From: the human T2T-CHM13v2.0 reference genome, Homo sapiens
Length of the DNA: 64,000 nucleotides
Reading direction: 5' to 3' (one strand)
Assembly (NCBI RefSeq): GCF_009914755.1
Contig: NC_060935.1
Below, in pieces: positions 11,241 through 30,204 of this stretch (positions are counted from its first letter, which is position 1; every line of letters starts with the position of its first letter). Below the pieces are notes generated by a model, which made no database searches, had not been told where the DNA came from, and saw only the letters and a program-made list of their open reading frames with translations. Position numbers and translations under genes: made by a program.

Positions 11241-11435
11241 CCAAAACGTGGCCCGATCATCTAAAGAGAAAACCCTCTTTTTAGCACTACAATGTGCTGT
11301 GGCATAAATCCATCTTTACTAGGCACCTACCCTGGGCCACTAATTGTGCCAAGCCTACGGGAGGCGATGCATCCCTGCGCTGGACACAGACAAATAAAAT
11401 GCACTAGGGGACACAGACAAATAAAAGGACAGTTA

Positions 11436-11750
<315 letters not shown>

Positions 11751-12340
11751 TTAAGAAATATCTGAGCTCCTATGATTTTTTTCCTCCAAAACTGCCTCTT
11801 CTTTTCATTAAGTATCTTCTCATTAAATACCACTATTCATCCATCTTATTAAGTGCAGGCCCCATTCTAGGTGCCAAGAACACAATGCACATCAAAGGGA
11901 GCCGGGGGTCCCTGTTCTAATAGAGCTCACTCTTGTGGTGGAGTGGGGGGTGTGATGAACCAAACTGTGAGTGTTCTTTGCATCCCTGCTACTACTGGTG
12001 GTCTAAGCTTCCTGACCCCTCATGTGGATGACAACACATTAAGTGTTTTTCCTAACTTTCTTGCCAGCCCTCCAGAAAAACCTGCCAGAGAAATTAGATC
12101 ACAAGTCAGATGAGATCCATCTGTTACTCAAAACCCTTCTGCGACCCTCCATTGCACTTGGACTCAAACCCAAACTCCTCTCTATGGCTGACAAGGCCTT
12201 GCAGGATCTGCCCGCCCCCAGCCCTAGACATCACCTCTTCCCCATCTTCACACAGTCCTCTAGGCTTGAAATATTCCCCTACCTGATCACTTGACTGGTT
12301 CATCTCAGGTCTCACTCACGTCATTTAAACAGGACCTCTC

Positions 12341-13101
<761 letters not shown>

Positions 13102-13959
13102 TCACAGCAGCCCTGGAGATGGCAGAGATTAAATTAGTAGTTAGTTCAAAGGCCAGCCACCCAGTAAATGGAGTAGGAAGAAAAAGAAGGTCCAAACTCA
13201 GGCAGTCAAAGTCCACAGCCCAAGGGCTTTACCCTGTTGGATGCTATTTCTCAAGAACTGGCAGGTCCAGAAACTTTAGCTGAATGAGTAAGTGGGGTTC
13301 AGAAGTGCTGGGAGGCTCAGTTGCCAGAAGAGAACCCTGAATCAGCCCCAGAGGTAACCCAACTTTTGGGAACACTGAAACCTCACTATATCCAATCACA
13401 GATGTGATTAGGTTACCAAGTCCGGCCAGGCAGTCACAGAGGTACAAACGAGGCCATGCTCCCAACATAATATTTACTTCTAAAACCAAGGCAGACCAGA
13501 TTCCTGCCCTGGACTCTAAGGCCACAGCTGGTACCAAGTTCAGGGAACGGCCAGGTTCACCTTCTATACAAACCTCTTCCCCCACCCATCCCTTCTATTG
13601 CTGCCTCCATAACAAACCTCTCACCACAGTGATTCCTGCTACCTTCTCTGTTTAGAAGATGAAAAAGAATGACCTGGGGGGACTGATCAAGTTACTTAGG
13701 ATAGGGAATAACCCCAATTTTACATCTGAAGCCCCCCAGGATCTGTAGCTGTTTCTTCACAGGAAATTTCTCTTGTAGTTTACCATTTCTTCCCCCCATA
13801 CCAAAGGCTTCTGCCTTTTCTGCCTCACTGTTCTCCTAGGGGACATACCACCAACCCGAGAAGCACACCTCTCCCTGAGGCCTTGCAAGTAAAGATGAAA
13901 CAATGCGATGACTGAACTAAGTGGCTTTTTTATTAGAGAAAGCCAGAATTACAAAAGAC

Positions 13960-15092
<1,133 letters not shown>

Positions 15093-15404
15093 ATTGGCGA
15101 CTGAGTAAAGAAAAGACGGCTTGTAAGAGAAGCCAAGAAATGCTCTGGGATAAAGGAGATTTGGGAGTGGAAAGCGGTCCAGAAACGATCGCGACGGGAT
15201 GGTGGTCGCGGCGGCTCACGTGGGGAAGGCCAGGCCTCCCAAGGAGTTCGGATAGGGACTGGAGCAGGGCCACGGAGCAGGCCCCGTTCTTCGGTTCCCC
15301 CCGCGCCTTCTGACCCCGCAGCCAACCTGCTACAAGCCCTTCGGATCCAGCCAAGGCCCCATTCTTACCTGAACGGCGGTCCCAGCTACCGCGAAGATGG
15401 AGTC

Positions 15405-19151
<3,747 letters not shown>

Positions 19152-19413
19152 GGCCCAGCCGAGCAGCCTGCTTGTCAGCATGCCCTGTGGATCAAGTCTA
19201 GGGGGCCTCAGGAGGAGGGAGGTGGGTGTTGGAGCCCCTGAGACAGGGGATACAGAAACTAGGGCTAAAGGACTTTGGGGTCAGGCCTTGCTTGCATAAA
19301 GGAGAAAACAACTCTATGTACATGCTGGGGGAGAGTGCCTAATGTGGGAGACCAAATAGGGATCACCAGGCTAATGGGGGGCGTCAGCAGCTTTCTCTCC
19401 CTCCTATCTTGGC

Positions 19414-19762
<349 letters not shown>

Positions 19763-20572
19763 TAGTTGTTATTTGGTGGAAGCAGTAGCCCAACCCCAGT
19801 TTAGGGGAAGGTAGCACAGGGCAGAGCCACTGGGCACTTTGTTTCCTTGGCCCTCCGAAGCTCACTGTTGCAAATACCCCCAAGCCTTTGCTCTAGGCCA
19901 GATCTTGTTTGGTGCAGGTGATGGAGAACACAGATGACTCGGGCATGGGTCTTGGAGATCTTCTGTTCAAAGTACAGTGCTGGCACTGGGGCACAGAGTG
20001 CCCACGTTAGCCCCGGGCTCTGATAGAGAGGTAGGAGGCACGTTCTTGGTCACTGTTCCATTGCAGACCAGACTTGCTGGCCTGACCACAAGGGAGTGGC
20101 TGGGAACTCACAGCCAGCATAGGGACATCCCCCTGCAGCCTTCTGACCTGCAATCAAGGCTGGGGAGGGGTTTGCAGGCAGGAATATGCTGACCTTTCAC
20201 CCTGCCATCCCATCCCAACCCCAGCTCACTAGCCTTCATATATGCCTTATACTTGGAGTCACAGGGGCCAAAGGCCTGAGACCCCACCCTGCCCCCAAAC
20301 TGGCTAAGACAGCTTTCAGTTCCTGACTCCCCAACTTGGTCTCTGCCCTGAAGCAGGGCACTGAACTCTGGGCTGCTTCTCTGTGTGTAAAATGGGCACA
20401 TCTTCCTAATCTGTTAATGGTCAGTGGTGTCCCCAAGGATAGTGCTGGCTTCCATGGAAACCCTCACTCCTGGAGATTCCATTCCATTTTCAAGTGTACA
20501 GCCACAGCAAGGAGCCCGACACTGATTTGATCGATTCTGTGACACAAACCCCACCAATTGTTAATGCAAGTT

Positions 20573-20632
20573 TTTATTTGGCTGTATATACAATTTAAGC
20601 TATTAAAATTTGTACAATATTTACAAATTAAA
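20573..20632. terminator. Convergent polyA signals: SYVN1 AATAAA (minus, 20578-20573) and MRPL49 ATTAAA (plus, 20602-20607 and 20627-20632)
   Basis: Signals read directly from an AT-rich island. Their order implies overlapping 3' ends. Confidence 0.75.
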
Positions 20633-21660
20633 TAATCATCTGAAACTGTCTCCAACAACTCTTGTAACACAAAACCAAGGGGAAAAGACAGGGGCAGGCA
20701 GGTCCCAGCTCCTGTGGTCCCTCCTTGGCACAGAGCCTTTTCTAAACTGGAAAGACCAGGAGTCTGGCACTCCTGTTCCTCTTTCCCGGGATTAAGCATT
20801 CAACTTCAAAAGACAAAATTTAAGCCAAAAGACACTAGTAAGGAAGTAATTCCAATTCTAAACTTCAGAAGTTCTGCCAGTTGAGAAGTGGCCTTCCTTG
20901 GGCGCTGGGATTGCAGTGGTCAGGAGCAGGCGCACTGGCCCTTGCCTGGAGTGCGGCTGGGCAGTGGCTGCTGGGTGAGACAGGTCAGTCTCACTTGAGA
21001 AGCTGCAGGGGAAAGGGGCCTGGGGGGAGGGGCGGGGCAGGGTCCCTCAGTGCTGCCCGCCTGCACCCCCACTCCCAGGCATTCCTTTCCCTGAGTTGTG
21101 TGGTTGCCAGTAAGACGCAGAAATGCCACAGGGCATAGGGGGCACAGCCACCACCACAAGAGGCTTCTGGGGAGATCAGGGTAAGAAAAGGAAATGGGTA
21201 CCAGTCTTAGGGGTGGGCCAGCGAGCAAGTTCATAGCTTGCCTCCAGCCCCTCTGGAGTCCACACTTGGGAACGGGAGCTAATACTGTTCGGCACTGCAG
21301 TGTGACTCCGCACATACAAGTAGGGCTTGGAGGGGCAGCCCCTTCTCCTGGAAAGGGGTGGGGGAAGAAGAGGGCTTCTCAGAGGCTAAACCTTCTGCCT
21401 TCATGGCCCCAGCAGAACACAGGGCTGAAGAGTTGGAGAGGAAGGCTGGAACTGACCCGAGATCCCCATGGCTGCCTGGGACTGGAGTCAAATGGGAACC
21501 CCAGCCTCTTTCCACTTGGCCTAGGGGATGCCGCCTCTTTCTCAGAGCTGGGGGTACTACTCCCTGGTGCAGACAGAGAGGGAGCTGGCACTTGGTGGCA
21601 GGACATGTTCCAGCGAGGGCTGCTCAAAAGAGCAGAGGCTGGGGCTGGGCTGGGGCAGTG

Positions 21661-24600
21661 TCAGTGGGCAACAGGAGACTCCAGCTTCTGCAGGCGGCGC
21701 CGGCGGAGCTCTGCTGCATCGGGCTCTCCATCCTCAGGCATCTCCTCTGTGCCCACTGACTCAGGAGCTGGGGACAGAGAGACTGGAAGTGGAACCTAGA
21801 GAAGTTCCCTGCTCCCCCGGCTGGAGGCCAATCACACCTACCTGGAGGCCTTTCCATTTCAGGGGCTGGTGGGGAGGCTCCTGGGGTTGGGGTCGTGGCC
21901 TCTGAGCTAGGGATGCTGGTGGAGGAGGCAGCAGCAACAACTGTAGTGGCAGTCTCCTCAGTGGAGTTGACTGAAGTGGCAGGCCGGGGGGGCCTGGGAA
22001 GAGAAGGGACGAGAGGCGGGCCTGGCCTTGGCATCCAAGGTTGAGCAGATTCTCCTGCCCTTGGTGAGCCTTGCAGAACAGAGTATAGAATGATGTGCCC
22101 TTGTGGCCCCAGTGCCTGGCAAACACAAGTGAACATGCTGAATGAACTCAGACAGGGTGACTGGACTCAAGGGCCAAATGATTCTATCCCTTAGCTGTAA
22201 GGTGCTTGCAGGCAGGGACTGTTGACCTGTTCACTCTTACCCTGCAGTCTCCACCCTGGGGAGTCAGGCACCTTATAGGGGACTCACTCAATAAGCCACA
22301 GTGCTCGAGCCTTGGACTCAAGTTCCTCTCCAAGCCTGTGCTGTCACTGCTAGATGCCAGGCATTATGTACATGTCACTTTTTTAAAAGACAGCGTCTCG
22401 GCTCTGTCACCAAAGCTGGAATTTAGTGGCACAATCATAGCTCACTGCACCCTCAAATTCCTAGGCTCAAACAATCCTCCTGCCTCAGCCTTCCAAAGTG
22501 CTGATTATAGGTGTGTATCTGGCAGTACACATCACTTACGAATATGAATTAAGACCCCTTTATTCAAATAATGAGAGGTCAAAAATGAGTGATGGGACCA
22601 GCGCTTGAACTTGAGCCAGGATGGCTCCAAGTGACTTCCTATTATTCGCTCCCTCAGTTTGGGGGCAGCAATTGCCAATCTAAGTGTCACCACATCTCAG
22701 AAGAATATCATGTGATGAACTAAAGCACTGCAAATTCTGAATAATTTGACTTTAGAAAAATATAAAGGAATAAGATCTAAAGTCAGCTCTCGAATAAACA
22801 TCACTCCTACTTAGATCCAGACATGCTTTCTGGAGTGGGAAATAAAGGCACCAGGAGTTACCAAGAACTCCTGGAGACCCTTGGTGGGCCTGTAGATAGG
22901 CAGCCTGAATTGGCAGGTGTCAAAGGCCAAGAACCACTGCTGGGGACCTCTTGGCAGCTCCACTCCTGACCCACCAAACCCACTCTGCTTCCCCTGTACA
23001 GACACACCCCAAGGAGGCCAGCACGGTGAGGTACTGGTTGATCTGCAGCATGGCGGCGTCCAGCAGTGTGTGGATGTTACGCAGGCTCTGCAGCCGGGCC
23101 TCCAGGTGCTGCCGCTCATGGCCCTCCAGAGCTCGTAGCTCCTCTGGGGTCAGCCCAGCAAAGCCCGCAGGGGGCACAGGCATTGGGGGGAAGGCTGGAG
23201 AGAGAGAGGCTCAGTCTGGGCTGCTGGGGCCAGACACCAACCTCACCCCCAAGAAGAACCCAGAGAGTGGCCCAGCTTACCAAAGGGTGGAGGCAGGGGC
23301 ATACCCATCCAGGGAGGAGGGAAGGGGAAACCAGGGGCAGGGCCAGCCTCTGGGGCAGAGCCAGAGCCTGGGCCAGATGCTGTGGCAGAAGCAGCAGTAG
23401 CACTGGTGCCAGCAGCTGTGGTTGTAGCTGCTCCACTGGGCCGAGAAAGGGCTGCTGAAGAGCAGGAACGAAGTCAGTGAGTGTTCCATCCCTGCCGCCC
23501 CCTGGCTGTCACAGTACCCAAAGGCTCACCTGCACTGGTGGATGGAGGAGCCACAGCCTCTCCTGAGCTGGGGGGAGGCGGGACAGGTGGAAAGGGGCCC
23601 ATGGGGGGCCACAGTGGGAACATGCCTGGAGGAAAAGGAGGCAGGAGGCCCTGGGGGACTGCAGAGAGAAGACGGAGGTAAGGAAAGGGCCAAATGGACA
23701 CAGACCCAACTCCCAGGCAGGGGGCCTGGCTATTGAGAGCTCTGTCCTATTCCCACAGGCCCTCAGCCCAGCACTGGTCACACTGACTGCAAGCATCTAT
23801 TTCTCATCTTTTAATCCCTCCCTGGCCCAGACTGAGATTCTGGAGGGCAGGGACTCTCCAATTTCCCAGCATCTTCCACATCCAGCCCAGGGCAAGTATC
23901 CAGTGGTATGCCGGGTGGCCAGACAAGGGGATACTCACAGTTGGGGGGCTGAGGCAAGAGTGGTGGGGGGTGGGGGGCAGGGGGTGGCCCCTGATCCGCA
24001 GGCTCCGGGGGTGGTGGTGACTGCGCTGGCAGCGATGCACGAAGGACATCCATACGGCAGGTGGGGCAGGTCTGCTGCCGCTGGAACCAGGAGCGCAGGC
24101 AGCTGCGGGTCAAGGCCAGGCAGAGGTCAGCAGGTCCCTAGGGGCCTGCCTTCTGGGGCCTGTGCCCTGCTGTGCAGGCTCCCCAGGGCCCCTCCCACCT
24201 GGTATGGAAAATGTGGTTGCAGGGCAGTCTCTTGGCACCAGTCACCATCTCTTCTCGGCAGATGATGCAGACATTGTCCATTGCCTGGAGCTCCTCTGGG
24301 GTGGCATCTGGATACCTGGTTAGGATGACAGGGGCTGTATCAGGTCCAGAGCTGGAAGCAGAGGGACCCAGGACCGAGCTTGGGACAGCAGCCATGACAA
24401 GCCTACTTACAGGGTGTTCATGTTGCGGATGGCTCGGCGAGACATGATGGCATCTGTCACAGCTTTCTTGAACTGTCTGAAAGGACAGTCAGTGAAAGCA
24501 GGAGAAGGGACGGGATCAGGTCAGGAGGATCGGGGGACAGGGCCGGGCTCACCTCATGGCCAGGTACATGGGCCGGATGGCAAAGAGTGGGAAGGTGTGC

Positions 24601-26880
24601 ACCTTGATCATGATGGTCATGAAGGCCATGTACAGCAGAACCTTGATGAAGCCTGAGGGGAGGGGATGCAGAAAGCAGCAGGTCACAGGGCCAGGAGGCA
24701 GAGTGGAGGATGCTGGTCCAGATCAGGAGAGGCCCAGGCCCCTCTCACCTGTAAACAGCTCTGTGTAGAGCATGTACACAGCCTTGTTGTCCCAGGGGTT
24801 CTCACTCTGGAGGTCCACGGAGTGCAGCACATACTTGATGAAGATGGTGAGCACCATCGTCATCAGGATGGCATACTGAAGGGAGAGGGGGACGAGGGGG
24901 ATGTAAACACATAGCTCCCCCTTGCTGCACCCACATTGCTCCCCAAGGCCTCTGCACAGCAGGTGCAGTGGTACAATCACAGGCTCTAGACACACCCAGG
25001 GTCCTCCTAGCCCCTCCACTTACTAGCTGTGACTTTTGGCAACTCAGTGAACCTCAGTTTACTTATCTATAAAATGACATAATTAACTGTTCCTTTATAA
25101 CAGTATTGTCTTGCTGAATAAGAGATGCAGGTCAGGAGCTCAGCATAGGGCCTGGTGTGAAATTCGCACTCAACAAATATGAGCTGTTGTCACTGAACAC
25201 ATTCTCTCTCTGCCAGGGACACGCCTCCAGTTGTCCATGGAACTAATCCTCTCCTGTCCATTACCAGCTAGCTCCGGCACGAGCCTCCAGGAACCCTCTC
25301 CTGAGCCCCAGGTTGGGGCTCCTCCTCTGTCCTAGCCTCTTTGTGCGTCTCCCCAGTCACCTAGGAGTGAGCGTGTGGAGGGCAGGAGCCATATCTGATC
25401 ACTGCCCCTTGGTGGCCAGCACAGGTTGGCCACATAGCAGGTGCTGAGGAAGGGTCTGTTGGGTTATTCAAGGCACATGTGGGGTCACCTCGGGCTTGTC
25501 CTCTCAACCTCCCAAGCCAGTTTTACCTCAAAGCCAAACACCAGCTGCACAGAGGCCCCACGGGTCAGGATGCTGTGATAGGCGTGGCTGACGAAGAGGA
25601 AGTCCAGGATGCCCAGGAGGAACATAAGAGCTGTGGGGACCCCCACACATGCAGGGTGGGGGGGTCAGCCCAGGGCCCAACAGCTGTTTAATGCTCTAGG
25701 ACAGCCCCACCCTCAAGCCCACCATGGCCCCAGCGATCTAGTCAGGTGGGCACACTCCACTGAACCTGGCCCTCTGGGAACTTCCTGGGGGAGGGGGAGT
25801 TGTTGGGGCTGCCCAGGCTGCAGGTGAGAAGGCAAAGGGCTGAGGGCCCAGGCAGTTGAGAAGCCCTAGAGTGGAACAGCACAGAGACTATGCAAATTAA
25901 CTTCCTAAATTATCTTTCCTGTACAGCTGTGGGGGGTAGCCTGTGCTCTGGAGTACAGGTCCACGGTTCACGTTCCAGTCCTCCCTTCCCCTCCCCTGAA
26001 TCTCACTCACAGACAATGCGGCAGTGAAAGAGCCAGGAGATGTTGGGGCTGCGTTCCATCTGAGGCAGAGCACAGAATAGGCCTGTCAGGAGGCCTGGGG
26101 CTCACCCCACACCCTCAACCTAGCCCTCCCTGCTCCTTAAGCCTGCCCGCTGGCTACTCCCTGGCTTCCACCTGCTCCAGAACTCCCTGCCTTGACTCAC
26201 AAAGTCCACACGGTCCTCAGCCAGCCAGTGGAAACATTTGAGGAAGAGAAGAAGAGTGAAGAGTGCAACAAAGCGGGGGCTGAAGTCATCCCGAAAAACG
26301 GTGAAGGCCAGACAAGTCTCTGTGACGGCGTACCAGGAACGTTCCAGAAGGTGCTGGGGGCCAGGCAGGGAATAATGTGGATACCAAACATTCTTTCCCA
26401 GCACCCTGCCCTCACCTTTGGGGCAGCCGACATCTTACCTCCATCTCTGCTGCCCTCAGTTGCCCAAAGAACACCTTGCCCATCACCTTGCCCAGAAGGA
26501 AGACAAGGACAAAGGCCTGGATGTACAGGACCTAGGAGTGGGGAGAGGCTGTGGTTTGAGGTCACTTTCTGCTTTCCTCTCCTTGGGACTCATCATGCAG
26601 GATCCTCCACATCCTCATCACAGTTTATTCAAAGTTAGGCAGCTGGCGGCTACTTCCCTACTTACCTGACCTCTAGCCCCGCCCCTTGCCCAGGCAGACT
26701 CCTCCTTCCCTCCCAGGGAGTTCCTCCCTCCCTGAGCCCTGAACTCACTGCCATGCTGGGGCTGGACTTGGTCAGGTACACCACAGTGGGGTAGAACTGG
26801 TGTTTGAGGTAGTAGGCGTGAGCCACCACAGCCCCGGTCAGCGCCAGGCTGGCCGCCATCATCACTGCCGTGCGGAACAT
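21661..26880 (-). CDS. SYVN1: SYVN1 (HRD1/synoviolin), ERAD RING-H2 E3 ubiquitin ligase, 617 aa (616 aa via NAGNAG acceptor)
   Basis: Coding exons 26880-26749, 26531-26439, 26353-26201, 26059-26011, 25630-25527, 24875-24749, 24652-24553, 24476-24411, 24315-24199, 24102-23939, 23658-23530, 23454-23281, 23194-23008, 21993-21842, 21767-21661 total 1854 nt. MFRTAVMMAASLAL start, RING CIICREEM...[25 protein letters not shown], C-terminal ELRRRRLQKLESPVAH*. Non-coding exon 1 at ~27810-27735. Confidence 0.98.
23195..23257 (-). ncRNA. MIR6751: MIR6751, 5'-tailed mirtron hairpin ending at the 3' splice site of SYVN1 intron 13
   Basis: Minus-strand UCUUCUUGGGGGUGAGGUUGGUGUCUGG...CAGACUGAGCCUCUCUCUCUCCAG. 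The G-rich 5' arm pairs with the pyrimidine tract ending at the AG acceptor; matches my recollection of hsa-mir-6751. Confidence 0.8.
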
Positions 26881-27809
26881 TGCCCTGGCCCGGAGACCTG
26901 CATGGGGCAAGAAAATAACTTATGTGATGCTCGTGCTGTGCAAAATAGCCCGGTGCCTGGCACAGCCTCAATTCATAGGAGAAAGTGGGGGGGAAATCAC
27001 ATTTCGCCCTCGAAATCATCAGACAAAGAATAGCTTACGCTACCCCATTTTACAAATTAGACTCGAAGGGGTTAAGTGATCACACTGACGCAAGGCCTGG
27101 AACCTGGGTCAGTCTTGCTTCAAATCTAGGGCTCTTTCCACGCTGCCTGCCAAGCCGCCTCCTCTAGGGAGGTGATGAGGAAAAGCTGCAATGTTGGAGG
27201 AGGGGGAGCTGCACCGCTGACCCTCCGGTGGAGAAGATGGGGTGGGAGGCAACAGCAGAAATCTGCTCCAGGGGCGGGAATGCGCAGCCAGGGCTGAGAG
27301 CAGCCAAGGCACAGAGGATAGCAGGCTGGGCAGGCGACAGCGCCGGTGACAGCTGTGTTAGGGTGGGCAGTTCGGACGCCCGCCCTGCGGGAGCGGGCGG
27401 GGAACGTCAGCCTGGAATCCTGGGGTCCCCCGACCCCCGGAGTAGTGTCAACTCAGAGCACCACAAAAACAGCGGGACGGGAGAGAGCAGCAGCGGGACG
27501 GGAGGAGCCGGGTCGCCCTCGCGGCCGCGCACCTGTGAGCACCAGGAGTTGCGGGCGTCGCAGGCAGGGCCCAGGCTTGAGCAAAGCGGCCGCACCGGCG
27601 TCTGAGGTCTCCGGCCAGCTGACAGGCCGAAAGCGTGCGGCGGGGCTGAGGGGCGTGCCGACTCCGGAGACCTCAAGGGGAAGGTTCGGGTCCCGACCCC
27701 AACCACAACTCGGGCCAGACTTCGCCCCACTCACCAGGAACCCAGCGCCGCGAGCCCGCTCAATCCGCGCGACTGCGGCTGCCCCTCCGGTTAACAACAC
27801 TCCCCACCC

Positions 27810-27935
27810 ACTGCGAACCGGAACTTCGGGGGTCAGACACCTCACTTCCGGCGGCGCGGGGCGCGGCGTGGGTCGTACCAAGTGCGTCCTGCCCTGGCTC
27901 GCACTGCGCCCTACGTGGGCCCATAGCAATGGTGT
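27810..27935 (-). promoter_or_regulatory. SYVN1 core promoter: ETS/GABP sites, GC box and ERSE-like element
   Basis: CCGGAAGTG (minus, ~27843-27851); CCGGAA at ~27818; CCATT-N9-CCACG (minus, 27932-27914), one mismatch from the ERSE consensus. Confidence 0.7.
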
Positions 27936-28337
27936 CACCACCGTATCTGGGGTGATGTCTACGGGGAAGGGCTGGGCAAGAGGTCCGAGAGGTGGTCGGA
28001 AGGTAATAAGGCAACAGGGGGGAGTCGGAGGTCCCCCTATTATTTATTAGTCACAGATGGTATGGCTCCTGCGCTGAGTGGCCTCCTCGGACTGGGGGAC
28101 TCGGCCCCGCGAGCAGCTGGGAAGGGGAGCCGCTTGCGGGCTGTACCACCTGGAGCGGGGAGTAGGCCAGGGACAGACTATACAAGCCTGAGGGGAATGA
28201 AATGTTTTCTTAAACATTTAGGGAGAGTCACAACAGTTTGACAAATACGGTGCTCTCTGAGAGAACTGGATGCGGAAAACAAAAATTTGTCTTCTCCATG
28301 ATCACCCCCACAAGTTGTGTGGGAGTGAGTTGGGTCC

Positions 28338-28380
28338 CGTGGCTGCCACTGATTGGTTGCGATAAGTTACGCGGCCCAAT
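28338..28380 (-). promoter_or_regulatory. ER-stress module upstream of SYVN1: perfect ERSE plus UPRE-II/ERSE-II-like element
   Basis: CCAAT-CAGTGGCAG-CCACG (minus, 28356-28338) is an exact CCAAT-N9-CCACG; ATTGG-G-CCGCGT (minus, 28380-28369). Consistent with known ATF6/XBP1 induction of HRD1. Confidence 0.85.
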
Positions 28381-29129
28381 AAGAAAAAGAATGTACCTTT
28401 GCTGGCCTATAGAAAGGGGAAAGCAGGTGAGTGGTTGTTAGGGGCGGACAGCTGCGTTGCCTAGGCCCTGGTCCCGCTCCAGTTGGCTGAGAGTAGGGAA
28501 AGCTCAGTCCTTGGGCGAGTGATCCCTGGCTGGCCTCCGGGAACGTTTGCCGCGCCAGGACAGGGAGGGACAACCAGGTGTACCCGAGACTGGGAGATTA
28601 ATTCCTGCTAATCTTGGGACGGAAGTGTTCTGTTTGTTCAAAGGAATTGACTTCAGCGTCGCAGGCCTGCCCGCATCTCAGTGTCTGATTTTGCTGCCCA
28701 TGTGTTGTTCAGCTCTGAGCCATAAGCAAGACCCCCACTGGTCCTGGGCTGCACTGTATTTTAGTTCGTGTCTGGGTCGCAGCCAACTAAGCCTGCTGAT
28801 TAACAAAATGGAGCTAATGCATCCACTTTGTGCCTTGCGTTTTCCTCCGTCATCTCATTTAATCATCAATCACTAAGGTTTATGAGCTAGGGGGTGCTAC
28901 CCCCTCCCCCGAAACGTGGGGCAATTGAAATTCAAAGGCTTACCAAAACCTGTCCTAGGATTGGCGCCAGGTCTGTCTGCCTCTAAATCTCTGTGCTGTT
29001 GGTCTCAGCCATCTTCCCTGCCACCTGTTGACTTGACAGTTTCAGCTTATAACCAGTCAGAGTTGGCTTCCCCGTAAGGCCACGTATAACTTTTTTTCCC
29101 CCTTTTCTTTTTATTTATTTATTTATTAA

Positions 29130-29333
<204 letters not shown>

Positions 29334-30204
29334 TGACTCAACCTCTCTCCCCTTCTTGAAAGTCTCCTCCCTAAGCTTCTGTGATCCACATGCCTCTGCT
29401 CCTCTTTTCTCTCTGGCTATGCATGTGTCCTCTTCTCTTTACCTGATGTCCTTCTCTTTACTTTTCCTGCATGATTTCCTCTGCTCCAGTCCAGCCCCTG
29501 ACCCAGGTGCTGATGATTTCCTTGTGTGGTCTCCAGCCGGGATCTATCCTGCTTTTAAAACAGTTCAGTGTCCCTAGACACTGTCTGCACCCCAGCTCCG
29601 GAAACGGGCATCATGCTCACTATCTGCCCCCACATCCAAACTGGTAATTAAGTCATTTATTCAGTTAGTCTACAAATATGGATCAAGTGTCTCCTGTTCT
29701 AGGGACTTAGGATGTCAGTGAACAAAATAAAGATCTCTACCTTTGTGGAGCTTATCCTAGTAGATGTGACAGCAAACCACAGACATAAGTGAAAAATCTA
29801 ATACGCTGGAAGATGATCAGTGCTATAGGAAAAAAGTAGAACAGAATAAAGGGGATCAGGATGTGGTGGGGTACTTGAAGCTGGTTGCAGTATCAGCGAG
29901 GATAATCGGGTAAGCTTCCTTGAGAAGGTGACATTTGAGCAAAGACTTAAAGGAAGTGAGGTTATGAGCCAAGTGGATGTCTGGGTAAAGAGTTACAGCT
30001 CAATAAAGGTGGAGCAGTGCTGCTTTGTTGAAGGAGATGAGTGTGGCTATAGTGGAACTAGTGAAGGGTGCGTAGGAAAGAGGCCAGGGCAAGATCGCAT
30101 TGGCCATCACAGGGACCTTGGCTTTTCCTCTGAGTGACGTGAGAAGTCATTGGAGGGTGCTGAGCAGAGGTGTGACATGCTCTGACTTAGGTGTAATAAA
30201 GTCA

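Noticed and set aside
27346-28050. 234-aa ORF across the SYVN1 CpG island
   Set aside because: GTG start, Arg/Gly/Pro/Ala-rich composition expected from CpG-island DNA, no domain.
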